Assembly (NCBI GenBank): GCA_012026655.1
Contig: JAAILG010000147.1
Coordinates: 62,001 to 126,000, forward strand
DNA length: 64,000 nucleotides
Direction: 5' to 3'
DNA from: Hydrolagus affinis
Taxonomy: Eukaryota
In this document: one piece after another, positions 51,293-64,000 of the stretch
Layout: each line of letters begins with the position of its first letter
How positions within the stretch are numbered: the stretch's first letter is position 1
Translations under genes and position numbers: made by a program
Notes under the pieces: model-generated
Told to the model about the DNA's origin: nothing
Database searches by the model: none
The model's input: only the letters and a program-made list of their open reading frames with translations

Positions 51293-52465
51293 CTACAACA
51301 TTGAATTTGCAATAAGTCCAGCATTCTGGCTGCTAGCACCCTTATGTAATTAATTCCTTCTGCATGGTTACTTTTCCTGGTGTCTGTCCTATATGCACAC
51401 ATCATATCCATGTTACCTTTCAATCTACCCACTTGGGATATATGTGTGAGAGAGAAGCATGAAATGAGTGACTCTTCAATATACTCCCACTCCATCCAGA
51501 ATTCCTGGGAACTGCAACCCAGGATAAGGTACTGCCTTCGGGAGCGGAATGGGTGAGATGGTGGGGAAAAAGAAGTTTCACTTACACATCCGCTCCATCT
51601 TCAATGACCTTGAGTTTAGCACCAAAGTACAGAGAGTCCAAGCACATGGATGTAAATGATAACCAGGCTGGATATGCAGATATTTGTTTCTCCTTCTTAG
51701 AGGCTATTGCTATGGTAACCGTGTGTACTTCTCCTAAACTTATTGCCTCTTCACCATCCCCACAGGCTAACAATTCATTTCAGAAGTAAAGCCAGAAGCC
51801 AGTTACTGCTGGAAACAACCCTGTCAGCAGGTTACTTCTCAACAACAGTGCCAGTCACTGCCAGTTATCATCAGATGGTTAGCATTTATTTTACTTTAGG
51901 GATTAAACTCTTATTCAGCCAGTAGAGTAGTCCAAGTCTGTTGCACTTAATATTAGAGATGAGCAACAAGTTCTGATTTGATGGTCCCTCTGAGGTCTAT
52001 GTTCCTGTCTCTTCTCATGTTGTTACCTGCCACTTTCTGATAAAATCAACCAGACGTAAGGAAAGAAATACTGGACTGCATGCAAGTGTAACTTGAATAT
52101 CCAGAACTATTTTCCATCCTGTACTCAGCTCCATCTATATTTATGGTCATTCCCTTCATGGTTTTTCCATTTGTCTCCAAGCAGTTTAAATGAGCAACTT
52201 GCTGTAATTAAAATCACTCTAACTTGTGCTTAAATCTGGAGTAATATCCACTGTCAATAAATGTTACATGTAATATACTACCAAGGTTGATCAATTTACT
52301 CCTTCAATGTTAGGACCATGTCTGAACAATTTGATTTGGCTTAATATCTAAAATAAAGAATATATTTCCCCAGACTCCCAGGAAAAAAGCATGTTCATTA
52401 ACTCCTTCAAAAAGCTACCCTAAATGACTACTTCAAATATGATTACAGGATTTAAGCATATGTTT

Positions 52466-52560
52466 GGACCCCAGCTCGGGTCTGAAATAATGACTATCCA
52501 GCGCCTCCTGATGTGAAAGGCGCTATACAAGTGTAATTTTCTTGTTGTTATTGTTGTTGT
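52466..52560 (+). mobile_element. L2 3' tail, same subfamily as 15505-15959
   Basis: 'ggaccccagctcgggtctgaaa.aatgact...gaaaggcgctatacaagtgtaatttt' closely matches 15856-15959. Confidence 0.85.
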
Positions 52561-53894
52561 GGACTGTCAGATACACACTGAGTACAATGGTCCCTGTGTT
52601 GCTTTGGCTAAGGAAATGTCCTCTGCACAAAGCAGAGACCAAGGGTTGATATGGCGGATATATGGAGATGGAGAGATATTCTAAAATTTCTCAGAGTTTT
52701 CTTTGAGGGATAGCGAGACATTTTGCAAAAAGTCCCATAGGAGATTGAATAAATGGCCAAAGAAGGCTAAATGTTGACTATCTGTGCACAAGGAGCTGGT
52801 TTGAAGGGCTTAATTCTCATGTGAAGAATGGGCCTAGTCCTCGAGGGTATAGTGTCTGTGGAACTGCCCCAGCAGGAGTCACATTCAGGAGAGGGGAAAT
52901 GCAAATGAGGGAATAAACATCCCTAAATTAAAAATAGCAAATGTTTAGTAATATATTGCATTGTGCTGCCTGTTGTGTTGGTGTGTAAAAAGTCGAAGAA
53001 GATACGTTACCATGGTAACGCTGCTCCACAGTCACAAATCTCCCAGAGCACTGATTCTATATTTGCTACTGAAGTCTCTACAGTAATTCTTGATGCAGTG
53101 AGCAATTTCAAGCAAAAATCAGATTTGACGCAGGCTTGGGACGAGGCACTGAGCATTGATGGATGAATATAAAAATTGTTGAAGACTGTTTGTGATGTCT
53201 CCAAAGCAGCTAATTGGTGTGTTCAGATAAGTCTGAAATGTTTGTTTGAAATCTATTTGCACTCCCTGGATAAGATACTAACAACCGAATTAGTGCTGGA
53301 AGCAGTGAAATCACAAGGATTTCTGTGTGTTTAAAGCATTGCGATTGGGTTTAATTTTGTACATAAGTGAATACATATGTCGTGTTTGTACTCATTTGTG
53401 GTCAGTGAGATTAATACCAGGTGGTTCCTATTCTTGATCTTTGTCAAGTAAATGCACAATTTTGGTTTTCTGGTGAAGACTGGGATGAGCTTGACTGAGA
53501 GCACTGTGTTGAATACCATTGCAATACTTATTGTTGAAGCTAATGTCAAGGATAATCTCTCGGGTGACTGGGGCCTACAGGAATGGACCACCAGGAGAAT
53601 CAGAAATAAATGCAATACAAATTACAAATTTGTAGAACGTCTTTCAAGTCGGGAGGATCTCCTAGGTGCTGGACAAGCAGGGATTTGATATCAATTGCTT
53701 TCCAGAGGGGCAGGGGAGGAAATTGGCAAGGAATAAAATCAGCATTGTAGATTTGAATTAGCAGCAATGGTGGCCAGAGCAAATGTCTTTTTATACCACT
53801 GAAGGTGCCCTCTTTTGACATCTATCAAACATTGGGTGCCTACAGGGCCGCATGCTTCACTTGCTGCGCCCAAAAGTAGACTTTCCGTCACAGT

Positions 53895-54265
53895 CATTTC
53901 TGTTAATTCTAATGATTGTGTATTCGTAGGTGAATGCAGGAGCCAATTTGTGTAGAGCAACATCCCACAAACACCCATAAAGTCAAGCTCATCCTAGTCC
54001 TCACCAGGAAACCAAAAGTGACAGATTATTTTTATGCGCGCACCAAGAAACATTCCCTTCTCGTTTCAAATATTGCCGAGTGACTTCTAACATCCATCTG
54101 AACAGCTAGACGGGAACATTATTTAAAATCTCATTCAATGGAAGAACTTGTGTCAATGCAGCACCCTCCTAGAGAATAGCAACCTAGAAATGAGCTCAAA
54201 GTTCCAATGAGGAACTTGAACCCAGGAACCCAGAGGTGTGAGTGCCTCCAGTTGAGCCGGACTGA
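53895..54265 (-). mobile_element. Old DeuSINE-type SINE
   Basis: Body 'gagccaatttgtgtagagcaacatcccacaaac', Deu-like 'aacatccatctgaacagctagacggg...tttaaaatctcattc', head 'acttgaacccag...gagtgcctccagttgagcc'. Confidence 0.65.
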
Positions 54266-56454
54266 TGCCTGTGATTATAAAGACGTGTTTAAGCTTAGTC
54301 GTGGCAGGATGCCATGGAAGACTGGTGTCTGTGCCACACGATGTTGGTCTTGACTGTGTGTTCTAGCATCAGATGCACACCAGATGTGGGAAAATTCCCA
54401 CATTAGTTGACGTTTCAATATTTGCTGATACGTGTTTGAAATATTTATCACCAATCCAACAATCAATTGAGAAAAAAGCTGCTCCACACAAAGAGGCCTA
54501 AAAAGGTACTCCCACAGCGGAAGGAAAGCTGAGAAAGTCCTTCCTTCCATTTCCATTTACAAACAGTAGCAGCATGTTGTGTGTATGCATGTGTGTGGTT
54601 AACCGCAGAATGAATGTGGCTGAGATACCAAAACTCTTTCTCACCCAGCAATATGCATGGTTTCCACCACGCAATAATAATCCTTGCATTGAATACAGTG
54701 CGGATAACACCAAATCTCAAAGCCCTTCACGGAGAATTTTTGCCAAATGTAGCAGTTGTGTATTTATGGCAAAAACACAATACACTGACCTAGAATGTGG
54801 CAAAATTATGCAACCAGTCAACATTCTCATTGCCGCTTAAATGGGGCTTGCTGGCAGTCCATCATGCTTTCTAACATATCATGATTAGAACTGCCTTCTA
54901 TTCAGATCATTCCTTAACTTCATTATCTGATGCTTTCTACATTGTTCCTTGATGATGCTGGGAATATTAAACTTTCACTTTGATGTCTCTGATTAACATT
55001 GAAATGGGTGATATTTCTCCCCTCAGTACCGCTGTAGTTCTCTGCAGCCAATTTCTGGCACAATGCTTCACTTGCTTTGAAGTTCTATCATCTGCAACCA
55101 CATTTGCTTTGCAAAGCTTCTTGAATTTATTGTAGAAATAGGCAGTTTAAAAGACACATTTGCAGTCTGGAATATCCATTGGATTCCCTGCAATGTACAG
55201 TATCTCAATTTACAAGCAGTACTGAAATTAGAAAGCTGAAGTTGGAAAGTAATGTCACAAAATCTAAACGGGGCATAAAATGCAAAATCTTACTTATGGT
55301 AGGAAATAGATTCAATTGACAGTCATAACCAAGATCCCATTGTGAAATAACTCAGTACACTGGCTGACTGACTTGGAACAGAAAACAATAGGAATGTATG
55401 TCGTTTGCACCTTACCCCATTCCCACTCTTTCTGCACCTCCCACTTATGTCATCTTCACCTGAAGTTCAAATCTGGAGCTATGTCAAATTTAAGAATTAT
55501 TAGTAATACCTGTACTATAATTTCAGATAGCAAGGAATCCTCATTGTAGTAGCTCCCACCCACCCATCACAGACATCACTAACAGTATGCAGGGCATAGA
55601 ATGGAGGAAAGCCCCAGATCACACTTTATACTAAGAATTCTCACTGTACTGGAACAATACTTTAAAACAGTATTTTGTTCTGAATCCCCAAAGAGAGTGT
55701 ACAAATTAATGCACCAGATGTGGATTTTGTTTTCCTTTAAAACCACAGTAGAGACGCTCTTCCTACATTGCTGACTTTTTGTACAGAGTTCTGACAGTGG
55801 CTAAATCACCTCTCCCCAAATAGTGAGATTCAGACTTAAAGTAGGAGCTGTCACTGAAAGGAAATTGTCTCAAAACCAACCTGTCACCCTCTCTGGGATA
55901 TCTCATCATACAAGACCACAGAGTCCCTGAACAACAAAATGTGTTAGGTTTGATGATCAATGTTCGTTTGCTCTGCAGAAGAAATTGCCCCCAATAAAAT
56001 TCATGGTTGTATAAAATAAGCGTGTTTCTTGCATACACAGAGAATGAAACACTTTCTAAAGGCCTGTACATCATATCTATAATGAACGCCTTTCTTTTCA
56101 GTCATGGTGGTCTCCTAACCTGAGGCTAATTTGTGGGTATGATGTGATATTTATATAACTCACTCTAATGTTTGCACGTTGGAGAGCACTCCCTTCAGAA
56201 AGATCAGACCGCACTGGTGTCTGAGGATTGTACAACAATATGCATCAGGTCTATCCTAGATGTTTAGCAGAATTGAGGGTTAGGTTACAAAAAAGTTTCT
56301 CACAGAGCATTGTTAGAACACAGAGTGTTTTTTTTAGCCACCAGTGACAACTGAGTCAATAACATTTTAAAGGAAACTGGAAAAACATATAACAACAATT
56401 TATAAATTTAAACTTTAAAATTGGTCACTCAATTTTTGTTTTCAAAAATTTCAC

Positions 56455-56598
56455 ACACTGTTTGTGTGACACCGGGTGTCACTGCTGTGCACAATTGGTT
56501 GCTGCTATTTGCACACAAAATATACAGTGTATTTGGGGAAGCGCATTGAAACATCTCAAAGACATGATACAGCGTTATATCAGGGCAAGGATTATTGA
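56455..56598 (+). mobile_element. SINE 3' fragment
   Basis: 'ctgctgtgcacaattggttgctgc...cacaaaatatacag...gcaaggattatt'. Confidence 0.7.
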
Positions 56599-58854
56599 TG
56601 TTATCGATCTGCACTGGGGAGAAGCAGCGAATTTTAGTTTTCTCCAGTGAGAAGACTGGGACCCACATAGGCTGAGTGAGCTGCAGCCTCCTTTTGTACA
56701 ATGATTTTTATAATTCTAGGTAGAACATCAAATGTTGATCGAAAAAATTCATTCTAGGGAAAATATAGTATGTAATGAACATCCAGAGCCTCTGTACAGT
56801 GTTATCAAATGCCCATCAGCTTGGTATGTATCGCTATACTGTAGCACCAGCTAATTCTGGATCCTTCAGGACTTGCACAGAATCCTGTTAAAATGTATCG
56901 TCAGAAAAGGACTTTGGTTTCTCAGCTCAGCTGATATTTCGTTTGAAGGGTTCTTCTCAGTTCTGGTGCTGAGGTTAATCCAGTCGGCTGTGTTCATGAC
57001 CACCCTCTAAATAGTCAAAGTAATTTGAGAATAATGGGAGTCAGCATCGAAAAACATCCGCGGTGGAAGAATGCCTTGACCAGCTAAGATACTGCGAAGA
57101 GTGTGCGTCAGCAAAACTGAGGTGACATGGCATCCCCTGGTGGAGGATTGTGATAGAGCAACTGTACAATTGTCAATGGATCAGCAACTGCAGCAGAGCT
57201 GAGCAAAGGGCAGGGTTGACCTTTTATTGAATTTTGGTTTCCGAAGCAATACGGTTTTAACTGAGACTTAACTCTTATTTGGATAAGAAAAAATATCAAT
57301 GACCGGATCCATTGAACGTTTGAGCACCTCACTGAACCTTTTGTAATGATGTATTTGGAACAACAGACACGTCTGTTCCCTGTAGCATTGCCTTTGGGAT
57401 CAATAAATAAAAGATATTGCAGAGAGAGGTGAATCACAGTCAGATTTATACAATCTCTTTGTTAGTGAAGGAGCTGTAAATAATGTTTGTAACGCGGTCA
57501 GAAGTGTTAGTACAGTACAGGCATATCACTCAAAACAACAACAGTGTATGTTACGGTACTGAGCTGTTAGTTGCATTACATTGCCAGTGTGTAGTTCAAT
57601 CGGGAGGTTTCAGATGACATAAACCACGAGAATGGAGTTGAAATCATTGCATTAAATTGCTTTTGTATTGAATTGATGGAAGCCAAACTGGTATTGGTTG
57701 AATTAACTGAGTACCAATTTGCATGTGCTCAGCTGTGGAGGCCAGTAATTGACGTGTGCATCATCCTGATCCCCTCAAGAATGAAGGAAACATACATTTA
57801 TTTTAATGGTCAGGAAAATGTATCACTGCTTAACACAAATTATACTGTTAGAGGAAAAAATAATTGTGTTTTTATGGCATGTTGAAAAACAACAACTTCA
57901 CACGGGGTAGCGTCTCGGAGATTTGAAACACATCATAGAATAAGTGCTGTGACTCTTTGTAAGGAAATGTGTTACTCATCTAAACTCACACATAAATAAT
58001 GTCCACTTGTTTCAGGTACCAGAAGGTGATCAGCATCATGGAACCTTGTTCTGGCATGAATCACACCATGAAGGAAGGGAGAAGGGAAGAGAACAACAAC
58101 AATAACCAAGTTACATTTGTATCACGTCTTTCACACCGGGAGAACGTCCCAGGCACTGAAAAAAGCAAATTAATGGGATTACAATTTTTGAAAAAAATTA
58201 ACCTAATCTTGTATATTTGTTAGCAGTTATAACTTGTGAATTTGTAGCACGATTGTGAATTATTGCAGTCCAAAAACCTGATGAGAGAAATCATTCAATG
58301 CCATTATCAATTGATTTTCATTTCAGTTGCGCTGTTTAGTACCGTTTCTCACAATTAATTGAGTCATTTTCAATAATTATACATCTATTCCATATATTGT
58401 GGTCCTTCACTCCAACCTCATTGAATGGGCAATAATCCTCTTGCTTCTATGTTGGGTGAAAGCACTTGAACAAAATCCACTTTATACCTGTTGCTCAGTT
58501 AACCTCCCAATGCAATGCAGTGGTTTCGTTCCGTTGGCATCTCTGGAAATCGAGTGTGTAATATTATTTTGTTAATTGTAAACAATTATTGATTTATTTT
58601 GGTAACCTGGGAAACGAGGATTGTTCAACCAGAAAATGAATGTTGTGCAACATCACATTAACAACAGCAGCAGTTCCACTCCCAACAGCAAATAATGATC
58701 AGAGCTGTACTTCAAACTATATGCATGACCTTACTGTCACCGGTGTGGTCCAAATTGTAAAAGTTAGATAGCTCAGTGGGGAAAAATATCAACCATCTCT
58801 TGTGTTGCTGAGTCATTTATAGACCAACAAAGTGTTAGGTTTGAACCCTGGATC

Positions 58855-59985
58855 ACACATGACAACAAGAGATGCTTTGGCCCATTTGATCTCATCTTTA
58901 CAGAATACTAATCATATTGTTGTCCCATTGCATCATCAAACCATTAATAACGAGTCCAGCAGCTTGGCTTCTATCACACTTACTGCTAATCTATTCCATT
59001 AATCACTCCCTGGGTGGGGAAATAAAACTTGCCGTGTCAGTCCTAAAATTATCCTTCACAACTCTGAACCTGTAACCTTTTGGCCTGCTAACTCGGCGCA
59101 TCTGAAAGTATTGTTACAAGGGATTAGGGAATTTTCCTACTCTGCTTCGATTAACCCGAAAGAAAAAGCCCTATACGAGGGTAGTGTGCTCTGAGCTGGA
59201 CAAATGGTGGGAAGCTTGCTCAGACATGGCTCTCAATGGCACGATATGGAATTTTAGCTGGTTAAACTATACCCCTGTAAACATTCTAGGTTCTCCAAGA
59301 GTTTGCTCTTCCTGTCCTATCTGCAATTAGTAAGTGGGAGGGAGAGAGCGCATATTCTGTTTTATACGCAGGATGTTTGTAGGTGGCATTCTTTCCTGAT
59401 TGGATACTCCAAAGTATGGGTTCTCATACACACTCAACACCTATCTGACCAACATAAATATTTTTCCAGGTTTACTTTCTCAATCTTAGTTAGAGATTGA
59501 GAAAGTTTCCGATCTCAAACTTCTATAAGATGTGCTCAGAGACATCGATTTTCAAGATTAGACCCATTTTACTTAATCCTACCTCATAATTCAACTCTCT
59601 AACACCAAGAATCATCCTCGTTGCCTCTTCTGTACTGGCTCAAGGGCTTAGGTGGATTCCATATGTCATGGTGACCAGAACACTTTATAATTAAAGCTTG
59701 GAAGGAGTTTATGTAACATGATCCTTGCCAAACATTTCACAGTGACGTTCTTGTGATTAGAAAAGATAAGGCCGTCAGGAATGAGAAAAGGTGAATCACA
59801 TTCAACCTCGCTGAGATTATGGATGAGTTTTGATAAAGTTCCACATATAAGACTTCTTTTTATATAAAAAAGGTTGAATTTTGTGAAGGCAAGTTAGTCA
59901 GCTGGATTGAAAACTGCCTTAGCTACAGAGAGCAGAAAGTGATGATAAATGTAAGACGTTGTGCCTGGGGGCAGTGACAAGGAGT
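58855..59985. mobile_element. Cluster of old CR1 fragments (both orientations)
   Basis: Reverse 3' UTR-like sequence near 58855-59090 and reverse ORF debris at 59500-59700. Forward RT piece FDKVPHIRL...WIENCL..REQKV at 59825-59960. Confidence 0.55.
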
Positions 59986-60939
59986 AATCTGATAGTTTTT
60001 TTTCTGGGTCTCTTGGTCTCCAGCAAACTGCAGCATTTGGTCCCTCAGATAATGTCAGTCAGTCACACTATGATCTTTGGCAGCATGAATACAATATACC
60101 AGGGGGGGATACATACACAGCATGTTTGAATTTCAGTTTAAAATTACTCTTTTCTATTTTTGTTTCCAAAGATCAGACAACCACAAAAACCCTAGTGAAG
60201 AGAACCAGAGCTTTCTTCCCATTTTATTAGTAAACCTGCATACAAGCAAACTAGGAGGTATCTGCAAAATCTGCCCTCAGGCTATAATATGGGTGAGGAT
60301 GAAGTCTATCGTATGATAGCCTTTGAATGGTTTACGATTGGAATGGGCTTTAATGAGCTAAAAGGCCCTTTTCATGTTCTTTACTTTATGTTCTTAAACT
60401 TTAAAGCACCCACAAGATCAGCATTATGAAAGTAAGCAAACTGTAATATACTGGGCTCACCGATGCTTTAAACTGGGCCCAGATATCACTCAAGATGCAC
60501 GCAAGTCAGTTTGCCTCAATACTGGGACAAACCCTATAGTTTGCGTCAGAATGCATCATTCCATCATTTACATTACCGCATTAATTTAACGAAGGAACAA
60601 TTCCATATTTCACTGTCGGTTGAATGTGAGACACTTTGTGCTGAATTATAGTTACTTGAGTTTCTACTGACATTTTGCGACGTGTCTTTGGTCTTTATTC
60701 AGAGCAGTACTCCATCACAATTGCTCAGTCATTTAATACACAGAGCATTCCTGCAGCACCCAACACTGAGCACTAATTCACTTTTATCATTTCATCTACA
60801 CAGTAGAAATATGTTTCAAAGTGAGGCCTTTCAACTTAACAGATGACAGCCATTAAGTTCTTTCAGGAGATCATTAGCAACCCGTCACTGGGTTCTGCAG
60901 TTGCTGGATGTGAAGTGTTGTGAGGGACAAGTGCTCACA

Positions 60940-61082
60940 CATTGAGTCTTTTCTAATCGTCTACAAATACACAGCCACTTTACAACAAATCCTACAAAAT
61001 ACTTTGAAATGTCATTGCAATGTATAAGGCGCTGTATCAAATCCAACGATAATTATTACTATTATTATCATTATTATTATTG
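60940..61082 (+). mobile_element. SINE 3' fragment with (att)n tail
   Basis: 'ataaggcgctgtatcaaatcc...attattactattattatcattattattat'. Confidence 0.65.
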
Positions 61083-61108
61083 ATGGCCTACTGATGCCTA
61101 GTAGAATA

Positions 61109-61706
61109 CAGGCACCACTCCCCAACCGCGGGGGATATGTTCCTGAAAACCTCCAGTGGTTGGTAAAACTGCGGTTGGAAAATACAACGCCCTTTGGGAA
61201 ACATGGGGATAGGGGGGGTAAGTTTGGCTGCCAGCATCTGCAGCAATCCGCGAAGCTGTCTGATTGACTGACTGATCTACACACAGAGAGGGAGAGAGAG
61301 AAAAAAACCATGGTGGATGACATGGAGGGTGGGGGGTGGGGTGTGTGCAGAAGGTGGCGTGGTGGGTGACATGGGGATAGGAGGAGTAAGTTTGGGAGCA
61401 TTGGCTGCCAGGATCTGCAGACACACAGAGAGAGAAATCAATGGAGATTTACCTTAATCCTAAGAGAGAAGTGACATCTCGCTGGTTGATTGTGACATCG
61501 CAACTGGGTCCTAGCACCAGACGCTAGTGTGAAGCTGGTTGATGCAACTGGGTCCTAGCTCCAAACGCTAGTGTTAGTGTTAAAACTGTGGATAAGCAAG
61601 GGTTAAGCAGTAACCATTGCGTGGTTAGCAAGGGTTGTCGCATTTAGCAAACCGTGGGTAAGTGAGCTTAGCGGTTGAAGAAGTCGCGGTTAGGGCGGGG
61701 TACCTG
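61109..61706. mobile_element. Tigger/pogo-like MITE (598 bp) with internal duplications
   Basis: TA|caggcaccactccccaaccgcg ... cgcggttagggcggggtacctg|TA. Multiple subterminal gcggtt/gtggtt motifs. Confidence 0.85.
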
Positions 61707-64000
61707 TATTTGAAATGGTAATTGTTACATCCAACAATTTCAGAATCTAGCAATATAGGAACAGAAGGCGGCTGTTCAGCCCGTTATTCTTGTTCCACTA
61801 TAATAGTGAAGTCTAAATTAAATACCTGGCTGTGCATAATGCCAGCGAATATAGTATCAATAACAGAGTATAATGATAGATCCTGCATTCGATACCAGAT
61901 GTATATTGGTAGATGATGCATTCAACACCTTTCAGGTTAATGGTAATGTATGGATTTAATGCCTAATAGGGGGTGGTTATGTTTCCAATTCCTGGTTATC
62001 TAATTGGGAAGCAGTAGTGCTCATTAAGTCAATGTCCTGCAGTCTTTTGGCAATATGTTTGTGTTTTACTTCTCCCATCCAGCTTTGGCTCCAGATTTTA
62101 AAAATTCCCAAGGTCTCCAGCCTGAATCAGGCTTGAATAAATCAAAACATCAATTCCTGTTGCAATGTCTTTTGAGATTTGATTATTTTTAATTGCTCGA
62201 TGTATACCGAAGTCTAGTAGAACAAAACAGACTTAGGAATCCTACTGTTCAGCCACTGAACAAGAACTTTAGGCTATTGCTGTAAATGGGAGACCATGCC
62301 ACGACACACATCAAGCCAGTTCCCAGCATAATTATACAAGAAAAACAAATAAACGTTGCGCTGTTTAACAAGTGAACTTTTAACATGATAATAATGAATA
62401 ATAAATATAATAAGTGGGAAGTGCAGCCCTAGACATGCCATCAATTGCAGTGGTCTTTGTCATTCAAATGATGGTGGAATGTAATAAACTGACAAGCATT
62501 CATAAATATTAACGTAATCCCCTCTCAGCCCTCACAACCAAGTCTGTAGAGTAAAGGACAAAGGGGAATCATGAGAAAATCAAATGAAAGCTTTATTACA
62601 ATACTAGAGGAGATAAGGAAAATATATTACTATGCATGAGGTTTTCTTTTAAATTCTGAAGTTGCAGTGTCAGACATTGAAACTATTAAAAGGACATCAC
62701 TTTTTGTCAGTCTGTGCAGGTTAGATTTTTGAATTAATGACTGTATAATCTGCACAATGCCCCCCAATCAACTAGCTCCAACTTTCTCCAAAAAAATGAA
62801 TTGCTGTACTGCTGGCTCTGAAGTCAATAAGATGCAAGTCTAATAATTCGCTTGTCACAGGTTCCGAGGTTCCAGGGCTGTTTGGCATTCATTTCTCAGC
62901 AGGGGTTGTCACAAGGGTTTGTAGACTGGTTGAGTTAATGCACTCAAACACATTAAGCTTCTACTTCTGAGATCTGTGCTCCCAAATAGAAATATCAACG
63001 TCTGTGATGACCGCACTGAATTCTGAGTGAAATGGATCCCTTGTGAATGGAAGTCTATCGCACGAAACTACCCGTAACTCAAAATCGCTTTAGGACATTT
63101 ATGATCTTCCTCAAAGACACAGTAATGCTGCGGGCAGTAAAAATGTTTACTGGTAATGTTTTTTTTTAGGTTTGTAGAACTTGTTAATCTAGCTCAAAGA
63201 AAAGAAGGACCTTTTGCACTGTGCTCTCACTGACCTTATGATCAACACCATAACAATTGTAAAGTGCCAAGGATTTTAGTTTGTTTTTATTATTGAAAAG
63301 TCAGGAACTTCCAAACAACTAGTGTTTGAACTGAGTCAATGCTCTTAAAAGCTGCCAAGTATGGATGTACTTATCTGTGATTTTCTATGCTGGTTTGTTT
63401 TGTGCGAGCATGTAAAGTTCCTGAGCAATTAGCTTCAACCTGCTTGATGGTAGTGTTTGCGCTCATGGCAGGCAGACACATTTCACCTATTTATACATGT
63501 TGGACATGTTTAGTATCCAAAAATATAAGAATGCATTACTGATGGAGGCTGGCAAGCAATGTTTCTGATTTCCTGTGCCCATTGGAAAAATGACTGATGT
63601 TAGATAGCCTGCTGGGACTAATAGCTGAATAGCTTCCCATGCTTATTTGATGGCTCAAATAGTGGCTATAATCAAATAACAAAGCTTATAGTATTTACTC
63701 ACATTTTAATGCCTATACCATAACCTGATCCTAAAGAATCTCAAATTCTCACTTTGGATATGTGTTCATTGTTACTCTCTTGCTCCTCCTCCCCCATCTC
63801 CTCTAAACACATACACATATACACACAAGCACAATTGAGGATACAAAACATACAAGGAACCAAATCAAGAACTGTCTGCCTCATTTCTTTCTCTGCTCTG
63901 ATCTGTGAAATTTAGAATGGAATTGGAATGGTTTGGCAGCTGCAGCAGAGAAGAGAGAAGGCCATGAGGGAACACTGGCATAGACAAATGGGTTGATATA

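Noticed and set aside
60163-60300. Exon after the acceptor-like tttgtttccaaag (similar cases at 58016 and 63169)
   Set aside because: No recognisable peptide and no convincing paired donor. The site lies among CR1 debris.

Overview
Eukaryotic, AT-rich, CpG-depleted DNA with no protein-coding host gene I can recognise. It reads as a large intron or gene desert. The repeat landscape resembles a cartilaginous fish, most likely a chimaera or elephant shark, but this is inference from repeat families. It contains many tRNA-headed SINEs sharing an L2-like 3' tail, DeuSINE-type copies, decayed CR1 and L2 LINEs, a Penelope-like GIY-YIG retroelement fragment, two hAT-type MITEs with 8-bp TSDs, and three Tigger/pogo-type MITEs. 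Nearly all ORFs in the track are spurious or retroelement debris. The most notable observations are: (1) a minimal hammerhead-ribozyme fold in the Penelope 3' repeat; (2) two hAT MITEs whose empty sites share the 8-mer GTAGAAGG and which carry an internal second terminus; (3) one SINE 3' tail combined with three different central modules; (4) an unclassified diverged direct repeat that looks like decayed coding sequence; (5) several near-perfect hairpins; (6) two in-frame micro-exon candidates. I see no evidence for a novel multi-gene system. Coordinates of old repeats are approximate and were set by eye.
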